Below, piece after piece: positions 47,763 to 56,848 of a DNA stretch of 62,565 nt. Position 1 is the first letter of the stretch. Each line of letters starts with the position of its first letter. The notes under the pieces are model-generated. The model worked only from the letters and a program-made list of their open reading frames with translations, had not been told where the DNA came from and searched no databases. The position numbers were made by a program, and so were the translations under genes. Origin of the DNA: an uncultured Prevotella sp. (GTDB lineage Bacteria; Bacteroidota; Bacteroidia; Bacteroidales; Bacteroidaceae); assembly GCA_947174835.1 (NCBI GenBank), contig CAMWKM010000001.1:1-62565 (forward strand). The letters are read 5' to 3'.

Positions 47763-49970
47763 TTAATTCAATTCTTGCCCCCAATCTTCACTTTTCACAA
47801 AAACAGGTATATGCCCCTTATCTACAGCCGTCGTAATAGTCTGTCCACCCTCATAATGCTGACCAGTACGATAGTCATACCAACCACCCTTATGACGAGG
47901 CAAGTAAGTGCGCCATGAAGTGACCCCAGGCTCAGTGACAGGATTGATGAGCAACGAGGGACCAAACATATACTCGTACTTTTGAGCCAATGCCTCAGGA
48001 TCATCAGCAAAGTCAAACACCAAGGGGCGCATCAGCGTATAGCCCTCGTTGGCAATGCGCTCAGCACACTTAATAATATAAGGTTTCAACTTATAGCGCT
48101 CTTGCAAGCACTCGGCAATGATGGCCTGAGCCTCGGGACCATAATTCCATGGCTCGGTATTACTCATGTAACCATGTACACGCATTAAAGGCAAATAGAC
48201 CGATATCTCTATCCAACGTAACATTCGCTCAATATAGGCCGAATCCGTATATTGGTTATTGGGACGAAAAAAGCCACCGGCATCATAGGTCCACCATGGA
48301 ATACCTGCTGCCTGAACACCAAGTCCAGCCGTGATCTGCCGGCGTAAGGTCTCCCAATCATTACCCACATCACCACTCCATAGGGCAGCGCCATAACGCT
48401 GAATACCTGGGAAACCGCTTCGTGTCAAGATAACAGGCGATTCCTCGCTATTCACTCGGTCTCGTTCACTCATCAATCCCTCATAGACAGTTTTATTAAC
48501 CAATAGAGGATAGATATTACGCACCTGTTCCCCCGACCAGCGGCCGTTGTTAACACGACGCCCTAGCAGATCATCGTTCTCTGGCTCAGTGGCATCCTGC
48601 CACCAAGCATCAATACCCAGCGGCACCAAACGCTGAGAAAAATTACGCCAATAAGCTGCTGCAGCTTCGGGGTTGAAGAAGTCTATCCAGTCAGTGCCGG
48701 GAATATAATAATTGTCAGCCAGCATCTGCTTGCCCACCTCCGAGTTTTTATCAATTTTCGACCATACCGATACCATCAGGTGCATATCCATCTTATGTAA
48801 ACTATCAGTCATCGCCTTAGGATCAGGATAGTTAGTCTCATCAAATTGCATTGAATTCCAACCATAGCGCCCCCAGTACTGCCAATCCTGCACCAGAACA
48901 TCAACGGGTAATTGTTCCTGACGGAAGCGGTTAGCCGTCTGTAAGATCTCCTGCTGTGAGTGGAAACGCTCACGACAATGGATATAGCCCAGCATCCACT
49001 GAGGCATCAAGGGAGCAGGACCCGTCAATTCGCGGTAGGTGGCTATGACTTCATCGGGTGAGCCAACAAATACGGTATAGTCAACGGCAGTAGCCACAGG
49101 CGAGCGCAACACTGTCTGATCCTGCACCTGATGATAATAGAGCAAAGGTTTATCACCGCCTGTCAATTCAGCTCGCAGCTGATGTGTGCCCTTATCCAGA
49201 TGGACAATGGTTGAAGCAGTAGGCGGCAACCAGAGATTCTGCATTTCAATAACGGTCTGACCATCGACAACAAGATTATGGCGTCGTGCCATCTTCTGAC
49301 CGACATCCAACAACAGAGCATAGTCGCCCGTCTCGGCAATATCAATAGTGGCCTCAAAGATATGACGCTGACGGACCTCTTTCCTGCCTCCTTCTGTAGT
49401 CGTCACATCGACCACCTCGGAACCAAGAGATGACTGAGTTGTTATCGGTGAAAGACGTACACTATCCGTACTAGGATTATACTCTGTCAGTCCATAGTTA
49501 TTCCACAATACGCCATAGCCCTTGCTGGAGAGCAACATCGGGATGCTGATCTGTGTATTTACCTGTGTCAATCGGCGTGACAATCCACGGATATTGGTAT
49601 AGCCGTCCTGAAATTGTCCCAAACCATAGAGATACTCGTCCTTGGGCGACGTGAACCGCAGGGTAGCCACACCATCGTGTAGTTCATGGGCTGTAGCCGA
49701 GAAGACCACGCGCCCCCGTTTATCTTTTACGCAGACAAGTCCTTTTTTGCGGTCTACACTAACACTGATTACACTATTTACCACTGGTGTATTTTTGACA
49801 TAAACCCATTCAGGCAACGTGTCGGCAGTCACGCCTTCCGTATAACTAATACGCACGGCATTGCGTGCCACCATCTTCGTACTTATCCGACCTTTCCCAA
49901 AAGAATAATCCTTGGCTTGGATCCACAGACAGGCCATCAGACCGACTGCCAACATTACTATTTTCTTCAT
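47763..49970 (-). CDS. GH31 alpha-xylosidase-like glycosidase
   Basis: YGLGQFQ, YRELTG, QDWQYW, WWQDATEP nucleophile, WSGD acid/base, DAGGF, RVHG, MRPL; ATG at 49970. Confidence 0.88.
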   Translation of the reverse strand: MKKIVMLAVGLMACLWIQAKDYSFGKGRISTKMVARNAVRISYTEGVTADTLPEWVYVKNTPVVNSVISVSVDRKKGLVCVKDKRGRVVFSATAHELHDGVATLRFTSPKDEYLYGLGQFQDGYTNIRGLSRRLTQVNTQISIPMLLSSKGYGVLWNNYGLTEYNPSTDSVRLSPITTQSSLGSEVVDVTTTEGGRKEVRQRHIFEATIDIAETGDYALLLDVGQKMARRHNLVVDGQTVIEMQNLWLPPTASTIVHLDKGTHQLRAELTGGDKPLLYYHQVQDQTVLRSPVATAVDYTVFVGSPDEVIATYRELTGPAPLMPQWMLGYIHCRERFHSQQEILQTANRFRQEQLPVDVLVQDWQYWGRYGWNSMQFDETNYPDPKAMTDSLHKMDMHLMVSVWSKIDKNSEVGKQMLADNYYIPGTDWIDFFNPEAAAAYWRNFSQRLVPLGIDAWWQDATEPENDDLLGRRVNNGRWSGEQVRNIYPLLVNKTVYEGLMSERDRVNSEESPVILTRSGFPGIQRYGAALWSGDVGNDWETLRRQITAGLGVQAAGIPWWTYDAGGFFRPNNQYTDSAYIERMLRWIEISVYLPLMRVHGYMSNTEPWNYGPEAQAIIAECLQERYKLKPYIIKCAERIANEGYTLMRPLVFDFADDPEALAQKYEYMFGPSLLINPVTEPGVTSWRTYLPRHKGGWYDYRTGQHYEGGQTITTAVDKGHIPVFVKSEDWGQELN

Positions 49971-50009
49971 AACATTTCGATTATTTCTGACTTTATATTG
50001 ATATGCCTG

Positions 50010-50017
50010 CAAAGTTA
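50010..50017 (-). promoter_or_regulatory. -7 element TAACTTTG of the GH31-GH43 operon
   Basis: TAnnTTTG 39 bp upstream of the ATG. Confidence 0.7.
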
Positions 50018-50046
50018 CATAATAACCATCACTCCGATTTTGAGAT

Positions 50047-50075
50047 ATGTTTCAAATTCGCCTTATTTTGTTTCA
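50047..50075 (-). promoter_or_regulatory. Putative activator site TGAAACAA-N13-TGAAACAT
   Basis: 21-bp-period repeat 29 bp upstream of the -7 box. Confidence 0.65.
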
Positions 50076-50130
50076 CACCTCCCTGACACAAAAACTTTTT
50101 GGCAGAAACCATTCTATTTACCAACAAGAA

Positions 50131-50160
50131 CGGGCAGGCAACCCGACGATTGCCTGCCCG
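50131..50160 (-). terminator. Hairpin terminator after the isomerase gene
   Basis: cgggcaggcaa and ttgcctgcccg 11-bp stem, 17 bp past the stop. Confidence 0.75.
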
Positions 50161-50177
50161 CCTTTTTAATATATTCC

Positions 50178-51677
50178 TTAATCTTGGAAAGGATTCTCGG
50201 TGGGATAGAAGTTACCCTTCGGGAAATTGTAATCAATCTCCTCAACGGGAACACCCATATATTTGAGAACCTCCCACAAGTATTTGCCAGCATGGTCGAA
50301 CATGACAGCTGCATGATGCGGATAGTGCTTCTCAATAAGAACGTGACGATAGAAACGGCTCATATTCTTGATACCAAAGATACCAATGCTACCGAACGAG
50401 CGAGTAGCTACAGGCAGAATCTCACCCTGGGCAATGTAAGCACGCAGATGAGTATCAGCGGTAGACTGCAGACGATAGACAGTAGCCTTACCGGGCTTCA
50501 AATCACCTTCAAGTGTACCATTGGTTACTTCCACAGGCAAAGCGCGGGCCATGATGCGCTGGAAACACATCTGGCAGCTGCAAATCTTTGAAGAAGCAGT
50601 GTTACCACAATGGAAGCCCATGAACAATTCCTTATCGGTATATTCGTCACAGAGGAACTTCTTACCCTTGATACTTTCCTCGTACATATCACAAGGTACA
50701 GAGTTATTGATGTCAAGCAAGGTTACAGCATCTTGAGTGATACAGGTACCGATAAACTCTGACAAAGCGCCATAAATATCCACCTCGCAAGCAACGGGGA
50801 TGCCACGACCGGTCAGACGACTGTTGACATAACAAGGAACAAAGCCGAACATAGTCTGAAAAGCAGGCCAGCACTTATTAGCCATAGCCACATACTTGCG
50901 AGAGCCCTTATGAGCCTCTATCCAGTCGGTCAGCGTCAACTCATACTGAGCCAATTTCGGCAGCACGCTGGGAATCTTATTGCCAGCCCCCAATTCAGCA
51001 GCCATATCCTTTACCACATCATCAATGCGTGGATCGCCCTGATGCTTCTGGAAAGCCTCCAGCAGATCAAGTTCCGAGTTCTCCTCAATCTCCACGTCAA
51101 GGTCATAGAGGGCGCGGATTGGCGCATTACAAGCAAGGAAGTTGTTGGGACGAGGACCAAAACTAATGATTTTCAGGTTCTGCAGACCCACAATAGCACG
51201 TGCGATGGGTACAAAATCGTGAATAAGGTCAGCACATTGAGCAGCATTACCCACAGGATTCTCAGGGATATAAGCACGGGTCTTGCGCAAAGCCAAAGCA
51301 TGACTGGCGTTCAGCATACCACAATAGGCATCGCCACGACCATCAATCAGGTCATTCTGAGTCTCCTCAGCAGCAGCGCAAAACATCGTCGGACCTTGGA
51401 ACCAGTCAGCAATCATGGTCTCAGAAATCTCCGGACCAAAATTACCCAGATAGACAACAAGGGCATTACAACCAGCCTGCTGCACATCTGCCAAAGCCTG
51501 CTGAGCGTGGATCTCACTCTCCACAATACAGATAGGGCACTCGTAGATATCTGCAGCACCAAACTTCTCTACATAAGCTTTTACCAGAGCCTTACGACGA
51601 TTGACGGCCAAAGACTCGGGGAAACAGTCACGGCTCACCGCAACGATTCCAATCTTCATTTCAGGTACGTTCTTCAT
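50178..51677 (-). CDS. L-fucose/L-arabinose isomerase-family protein, probably XylA-II-type D-xylose isomerase
   Basis: GIVAVSRDCFP, YLGNFGPE, RGDAYCG, KCWP, CEVD, LLDIN, FHCGN, YPHH; no signal peptide. Confidence 0.8.
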   Translation of the reverse strand: MKNVPEMKIGIVAVSRDCFPESLAVNRRKALVKAYVEKFGAADIYECPICIVESEIHAQQALADVQQAGCNALVVYLGNFGPEISETMIADWFQGPTMFCAAAEETQNDLIDGRGDAYCGMLNASHALALRKTRAYIPENPVGNAAQCADLIHDFVPIARAIVGLQNLKIISFGPRPNNFLACNAPIRALYDLDVEIEENSELDLLEAFQKHQGDPRIDDVVKDMAAELGAGNKIPSVLPKLAQYELTLTDWIEAHKGSRKYVAMANKCWPAFQTMFGFVPCYVNSRLTGRGIPVACEVDIYGALSEFIGTCITQDAVTLLDINNSVPCDMYEESIKGKKFLCDEYTDKELFMGFHCGNTASSKICSCQMCFQRIMARALPVEVTNGTLEGDLKPGKATVYRLQSTADTHLRAYIAQGEILPVATRSFGSIGIFGIKNMSRFYRHVLIEKHYPHHAAVMFDHAGKYLWEVLKYMGVPVEEIDYNFPKGNFYPTENPFQD

Positions 51678-51725
51678 CAATTATCTATTTAATTAAAGTT
51701 ATACATAATTTATCGAAATTGGTGA

Positions 51726-51733
51726 CAAAGATA
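51726..51733 (-). promoter_or_regulatory. -7 element TATCTTTG of the isomerase gene
   Basis: TAnnTTTG 48 bp upstream of the ATG. Confidence 0.6.
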
Positions 51734-51773
51734 CACATTATTTCTTAAACGACCACATGAAATGATAAAAAAT

Positions 51774-54700
51774 TTATTCATGTATCCGAATCTTCTTTCC
51801 ACCTACCATATAAATGCCGGACGGCAAACCACGAAGGGCTTCACCGTAAGGCACTGCCGAACGCACTTTGACACCATCTATGCTATAGACATCAACAGGC
51901 GTATTATCAGTAAGAACAGGAGCAAGACCGGAAGTCACACCAGTCACACGCAACTTTCCATCGGTGAGCAACGTCGAAGCATCCAGTTCATAAACCGCTC
52001 CTTCCGATTCGACTTTCACAACGAAAGTACCCGACTGCGTGCCAGAGGTGAAAACAGTTATTTCGTCATCCACAGACAACGTGCAAGTGGCAGGCACACG
52101 TACCAGAATGGTGTCGCCATCATGGCGAATATTACCAGTAACGCTCAGTTTACTATTGCCAGTCTCCGACAATCGGCAAAGCACGGTAGAACCACTACTC
52201 AGCGTCAAGTCGCCCCCAATGCGTAGGGTACCTACAGCACTAAGGACACTACCGGTCACAACACCACCGTCAGAAACACTAACATTACCAGTCAGAGCAT
52301 TACCGGTAAGCGTACCTCCTTTGGCCACTGTGATATTACCAGAAGTGATAGCCGTAGAACCAATATTATAAAGTTCAAGTGTACCGCCACTGACAACGAT
52401 AGGTGATGTGTGGCCCGGTGTGCGAAGCGATAGTTTTCCATTACCGACCTTTTCTACACGCAAAGCCTGCAACAGACCATAGAAAGTCGTATTGTCGTTC
52501 AGATAGCCAATTTGATAGACACTTTTCGAACCGCCCAGTATGGCCGTTGTGGCAGTCGAAGCCGATGAGAGGGAGCCTATTTTAGTTGTGGCCGATACTT
52601 CACTGCCACTACCACTGCCATAGTGGGCTACATAGGTACCAGCACCTATCACCAGTTTGGTCTTGCTCATATCGGTCACATTCGACATCAAGCGGAAGTT
52701 GCCACCGGCACCGATAGCGGTAAGTTGCCCTTCGAAATTGGCAAATCCAGCCCCTACGTCACAACGCACATACTTGGTTTCAATGGTCAATTTACCAGCA
52801 CCATGAAAAGAACCGTTGATCTTTCCACGCGATGAACCAATAATTTTGTTTGTTGTTCCTTCAACAATCGTATAGACATGATTCAGATCTGGAACGGTCG
52901 AAGTATTGTTGACATCAAGCTGATGAACCTCGCCACCAGCCAACATCATAGGTGATCCACTGCGGCCAAAGGTACTATTCCACGCCCCTTGAGCCACAAT
53001 ACCTTTTTTCACAATAATACCCGCAAAGTTGTTTGTGCCACCATAAGTAAAATTCAACTGGCCGGCACCATTCTTCACCAGATACCCCAAACCTTTTACT
53101 TGTCCTTTCAACGACAGCGAACTATTAGACTGCGTAACACTGATGGTTGCTGTATCAGTCACAGTTATAATATGATCAGTAGCCATATTATCTTTGTTCA
53201 GCACAAGGGTTCCACCTTTCAGCTGCAAGTTACCCTCAATAGCAGTCGAAGCCCCAATAGAACTCTTCTGTCCGCCATCATAGAAGTTTGATACGGTCAA
53301 CGTACCTCCATTAATGATAGTCTTACCCGTATAGTCGCTGTTCTTTAAGTTAAAGGTGACGCTGGCCCCTTTATTAACAGTCACGTCACCCGTGCCGGAA
53401 ATGCCACCATTGCCCGAGAAGGTATAGATGCCACCATCAAACACGATGCCATTAGTGGGCAACAGATCACTGACAGTGATATAGCGATTAGCTGCATCAG
53501 CACTAAAGGCAACTTCATCACCCGGCACAAAAGTCGTAGCTTTGCCATTCAAACTGAAGTTCTCTGCCTTGTAATTCCACAAATTACTCTCTGCACCAGT
53601 CCACATAACATTGGCTGAAGCGCTGCGGGTATCCTTGACAACTAACAGCAACTGCTGACCACTGATCTCGAAGTCATAGTTAATACCCTCCAAACCGCGA
53701 CTGCTTAACTTTGCAAGATTGACAGTCAACGTACCTGTACACTCGGCCAATACATAGCAACCTGCAGACAGATTATCTTGAATGACAGTGATAGTATTCT
53801 CACCATTAAGGGTCAAATTGCCATTCACCAGCAGACGACCACTCTTACCTTGGGCGGCCTCCACCTCCAGATAGACATTACCGGGAATAATCAAGTTACG
53901 GTTGAAGGTGATAATGCCCTCTGTACCCGTAGGCTTCAAACGACAACCTTCATAGTTAAGCGCACCTTCGAAGACGATAGTGTCAGCCACAACAGCCCTA
54001 CCACTCAGCGTACCCTTAGCTCCCAATTCCACAGGACCACTGAGAGTACCATTCACGACCAGCATACCCTCGCTAATGATCGTCTTGCCTGTATGTCCCA
54101 GATCACCGTTGAACGTCACCATACCCTGCATTGACTTCACCAACTCACCCGTTCCCATTGTACCACCATTGAATATATAGTCGTGGTTACGCGGATTCAT
54201 GATATAAATTGCGGGAGCATTGAAGGGAACCGAAAGAACTATAGGCCGACTGTTGTCACCGCTCACATCGAAGATCAGACTCTTGCCATCGGCATAGTCA
54301 GCCATCCGAGTCATATCAAAAAGGGAGAAGCCATGTTCCACGCTACCGCCCTTCCAGCGTAGATCAGCCTCAAAAACAGGAGGCAGAGGCGGCATAGGCA
54401 TATCAACACCCAGATAGAATGAGGTGTTGGGATGCTGGTAGTAGCCACGTGTAGTGCAGTCGAGACGATAGTGCGGATCTTGCTGCAGACAGTAGAAACT
54501 ATAGTCGGTAGGGATATGAGTGGTATAACCTACAAGCCCCGTACAGCCATCAGCATTCTGATTAGCCAGAATCACCTCTTCGCGCCAGTCACCTGTGATG
54601 TCTCCCATAAAAGCCGGACGTGTGCCATTGGCAGCAAAAGTTGCCCAGCCACTCTCCTGCGAGAACTCCACCAAACGAGCCTTAGTCAAAGGTTTAGTTA

Positions 54701-56372
54701 CCATAAGATTGGTTCCCCAGCCCGAACCACCGGGCGATGACAATTCCTCACGCAACAAATCACCATCCCACCAGCAGCCTTCATACATCTGTGTAATACC
54801 ACAGCCGGAACGTGTATAACCAGTCTTCTCACCCTTACAGTCGTAAATAAAATCATCGGTAAAACTATAAATCTCATAGCCCTTATGAGCAGGATCTATA
54901 TCCATAGCCGTGCCACGCCCCACATCGTAGAGCGACGGCAGATACCATTCTTTGACACGTTCGCCCGTGACAGGATCATAAATCAACTGCCCCAACAAGT
55001 CGCTCTGTTGAATGGCATAAACTTCCATGCCGGGACGATCGGGATCAATGTCGCTCAATACATATCGGTCACCATGCCCAATACCAGGCGACGAAAACCA
55101 ACCCTTCAGCGGATTCACTGAATAACCACCCTGAATCATCTCATCGAAACCATCGCCATTGACGTCGGCCACACGTAACTGATGGAACTCTGCCGGCCAA
55201 GGGCGTTTGTCATTGCGGCTCCAGGTACTGCTGTGATGCCAGTTGGTGGGAGTACCACCTGCCCAATCGTAGTCCCAAGTGAACACATAGTTATGGTGGG
55301 TCTTGTTGGTTTCACGGTCTAAACACTCCATGATGAGCGAAGGATGGATGCCGTCAAGATAAGCAATGGCAAAATGACCGTCCATAGCAGCATAACCAAA
55401 ACTCATGTATTTGGCACGAGCAGTTCGGTTATATCGGTCGCTACCATCAGTCACCTCGCTGTACTTCAGTTCACTGCACGCCAGTTCGGCACCCGTAGCA
55501 CCGTCAATGACAGAAACATAGAATGGTGGTACACGCGAACTATGAGTACGATAGTCCACCACTCCGTCGCCATCGACATCGGCCTGACTACTACCCATTG
55601 CATATTTACCCCACGTTTCGTTCTGTTTGTCCCAGAAGCGTGTACCGTCACTACTCTTGATGATCACTTCACAACGGCCATCACAGTTAATATCGTAGGC
55701 TACAACCATATCGTTCTGACCACCGCAGATATTTACGTTAGGCCCCATGTCAACGGTCCAAAGCAACGTGCCATCAAGTTTATAAGCCTGTATCTTATGA
55801 GTGGTAGTCGCTGTGTTATCGGTAGGATCCTCGGCATCGTCACTGCCAACGGCTCCGGCAAAAAGACGATCGCAGACCACTGCATCGTAGATTCCGTTGC
55901 CATCAAGGTCCATTGGCCATACAAACTTGGTGCGATAGTCATTGCGTGGAATAACAATATCGTCATAGTCGAACTTGAACCACACGTTGTTCCACGGTTG
56001 CGTCTGATAAAGGAAAGGTATGCTCATCGGCCCTTCAACCCCATCAGGTGTAATAGCCGTCACGGCATATTCAGTATTGGTAGTCACTGACGATGGCTGA
56101 TAATTGGTCTTCTTCAGAGGCGTAGCATTCAACTTCGTAAACTCAGTATCCCCCGTAGCGCGACGATAAACATTGTAAGTAGTGCCTTCAGACTCCTGAG
56201 CCAACTTACGCCAAGAGATCAGCGCACCTGTACCTGCACTGGATGTCACACTTCGTCCACCGGTGCGAGTGGTGACAACAACACTGCGCTCCAACTTCTG
56301 CTGGATGCGCTGAGCAAATAGTGATGCCGGCAATACTGCCAGTAAAAAAGTAATTAGTAGTTTGTTTTTCAT
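51774..56372 (-). CDS. PL11 rhamnogalacturonan lyase-like protein + autotransporter-associated beta-strand repeats + T9SS CTD
   Basis: QKLERSVV, LISWR..YNVYR, DLDGNG, LWTVDMGPN, ADVNGDGFDE, GHGD, DVGRG, GDITGDWREE; LVK.G.G.L repeats; VYSIDGVKV..SGIYMVGGKK; ATG at 56372. Confidence 0.8.
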   Translation of the reverse strand: MKNKLLITFLLAVLPASLFAQRIQQKLERSVVVTTRTGGRSVTSSAGTGALISWRKLAQESEGTTYNVYRRATGDTEFTKLNATPLKKTNYQPSSVTTNTEYAVTAITPDGVEGPMSIPFLYQTQPWNNVWFKFDYDDIVIPRNDYRTKFVWPMDLDGNGIYDAVVCDRLFAGAVGSDDAEDPTDNTATTTHKIQAYKLDGTLLWTVDMGPNVNICGGQNDMVVAYDINCDGRCEVIIKSSDGTRFWDKQNETWGKYAMGSSQADVDGDGVVDYRTHSSRVPPFYVSVIDGATGAELACSELKYSEVTDGSDRYNRTARAKYMSFGYAAMDGHFAIAYLDGIHPSLIMECLDRETNKTHHNYVFTWDYDWAGGTPTNWHHSSTWSRNDKRPWPAEFHQLRVADVNGDGFDEMIQGGYSVNPLKGWFSSPGIGHGDRYVLSDIDPDRPGMEVYAIQQSDLLGQLIYDPVTGERVKEWYLPSLYDVGRGTAMDIDPAHKGYEIYSFTDDFIYDCKGEKTGYTRSGCGITQMYEGCWWDGDLLREELSSPGGSGWGTNLMVTKPLTKARLVEFSQESGWATFAANGTRPAFMGDITGDWREEVILANQNADGCTGLVGYTTHIPTDYSFYCLQQDPHYRLDCTTRGYYQHPNTSFYLGVDMPMPPLPPVFEADLRWKGGSVEHGFSLFDMTRMADYADGKSLIFDVSGDNSRPIVLSVPFNAPAIYIMNPRNHDYIFNGGTMGTGELVKSMQGMVTFNGDLGHTGKTIISEGMLVVNGTLSGPVELGAKGTLSGRAVVADTIVFEGALNYEGCRLKPTGTEGIITFNRNLIIPGNVYLEVEAAQGKSGRLLVNGNLTLNGENTITVIQDNLSAGCYVLAECTGTLTVNLAKLSSRGLEGINYDFEISGQQLLLVVKDTRSASANVMWTGAESNLWNYKAENFSLNGKATTFVPGDEVAFSADAANRYITVSDLLPTNGIVFDGGIYTFSGNGGISGTGDVTVNKGASVTFNLKNSDYTGKTIINGGTLTVSNFYDGGQKSSIGASTAIEGNLQLKGGTLVLNKDNMATDHIITVTDTATISVTQSNSSLSLKGQVKGLGYLVKNGAGQLNFTYGGTNNFAGIIVKKGIVAQGAWNSTFGRSGSPMMLAGGEVHQLDVNNTSTVPDLNHVYTIVEGTTNKIIGSSRGKINGSFHGAGKLTIETKYVRCDVGAGFANFEGQLTAIGAGGNFRLMSNVTDMSKTKLVIGAGTYVAHYGSGSGSEVSATTKIGSLSSASTATTAILGGSKSVYQIGYLNDNTTFYGLLQALRVEKVGNGKLSLRTPGHTSPIVVSGGTLELYNIGSTAITSGNITVAKGGTLTGNALTGNVSVSDGGVVTGSVLSAVGTLRIGGDLTLSSGSTVLCRLSETGNSKLSVTGNIRHDGDTILVRVPATCTLSVDDEITVFTSGTQSGTFVVKVESEGAVYELDASTLLTDGKLRVTGVTSGLAPVLTDNTPVDVYSIDGVKVRSAVPYGEALRGLPSGIYMVGGKKIRIHE

Positions 56373-56384
56373 ATTGATACAACA

Positions 56385-56415
56385 GCGGGGCAATGCTCAA
56401 ATAGCACTGTCCCGC
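56385..56415 (-). terminator. Stem-loop after rpsJ (weak U tract)
   Basis: Minus strand gcgggacagtgct-atttg-agcattgccccgc followed by tgttgtat. Confidence 0.55.
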
Positions 56416-56440
56416 AATAATTATCATGTATAATTTTTAA

Positions 56441-56746
56441 CTATACCTTGATCTCAACCTCAACACCGCTGGGGAGTTCGAGCTTCATCAGGGCATCAAC
56501 AGTCTTTGCGGTCGAACTGTAGATGTCAATCAGACGCTTGTAGTCTGACAACTGGAACTGCTCACGAGACTTCTTGTTAACGAAAGTCGAACGGTTGACG
56601 GTAAAGATACGCTTGTGAGTGGGAAGGGGGATAGGACCGCTGATAATAGCACCCGTAGCCTTCACGGCCTTCACAATCTTTTCTGCTGACTTGTCCACGA
56701 GTTTGTGGTCGTAGCTCTTCAGCTTAATACGAATTTTCTGACTCAT
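56441..56746 (-). CDS. rpsJ: 30S ribosomal protein S10
   Basis: [35 protein letters not shown]. Confidence 0.99.
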   Translation of the reverse strand: MSQKIRIKLKSYDHKLVDKSAEKIVKAVKATGAIISGPIPLPTHKRIFTVNRSTFVNKKSREQFQLSDYKRLIDIYSSTAKTVDALMKLELPSGVEVEIKV

Positions 56747-56780
56747 GATTTTTTTTGATTTAAATTATTAAATGAAAGAT

Positions 56781-56830
56781 TGAAAGAGTTGCCACTAAAG
56801 AGTCATTTGCTCAGTGGCAACCTCTTTTCA
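56781..56830 (-). other. Stem-loop between fusA and rpsJ
   Basis: tgaaagag-ttgccact..agtggcaa-cctcttttca inverted repeat. Confidence 0.55.
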
Positions 56831-56848
56831 TCTTTTCTGTCTGTCACT

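Noticed and set aside
56747-56848. tuf missing after fusA
   Set aside because: Normal for Bacteroidota, where tuf lies elsewhere
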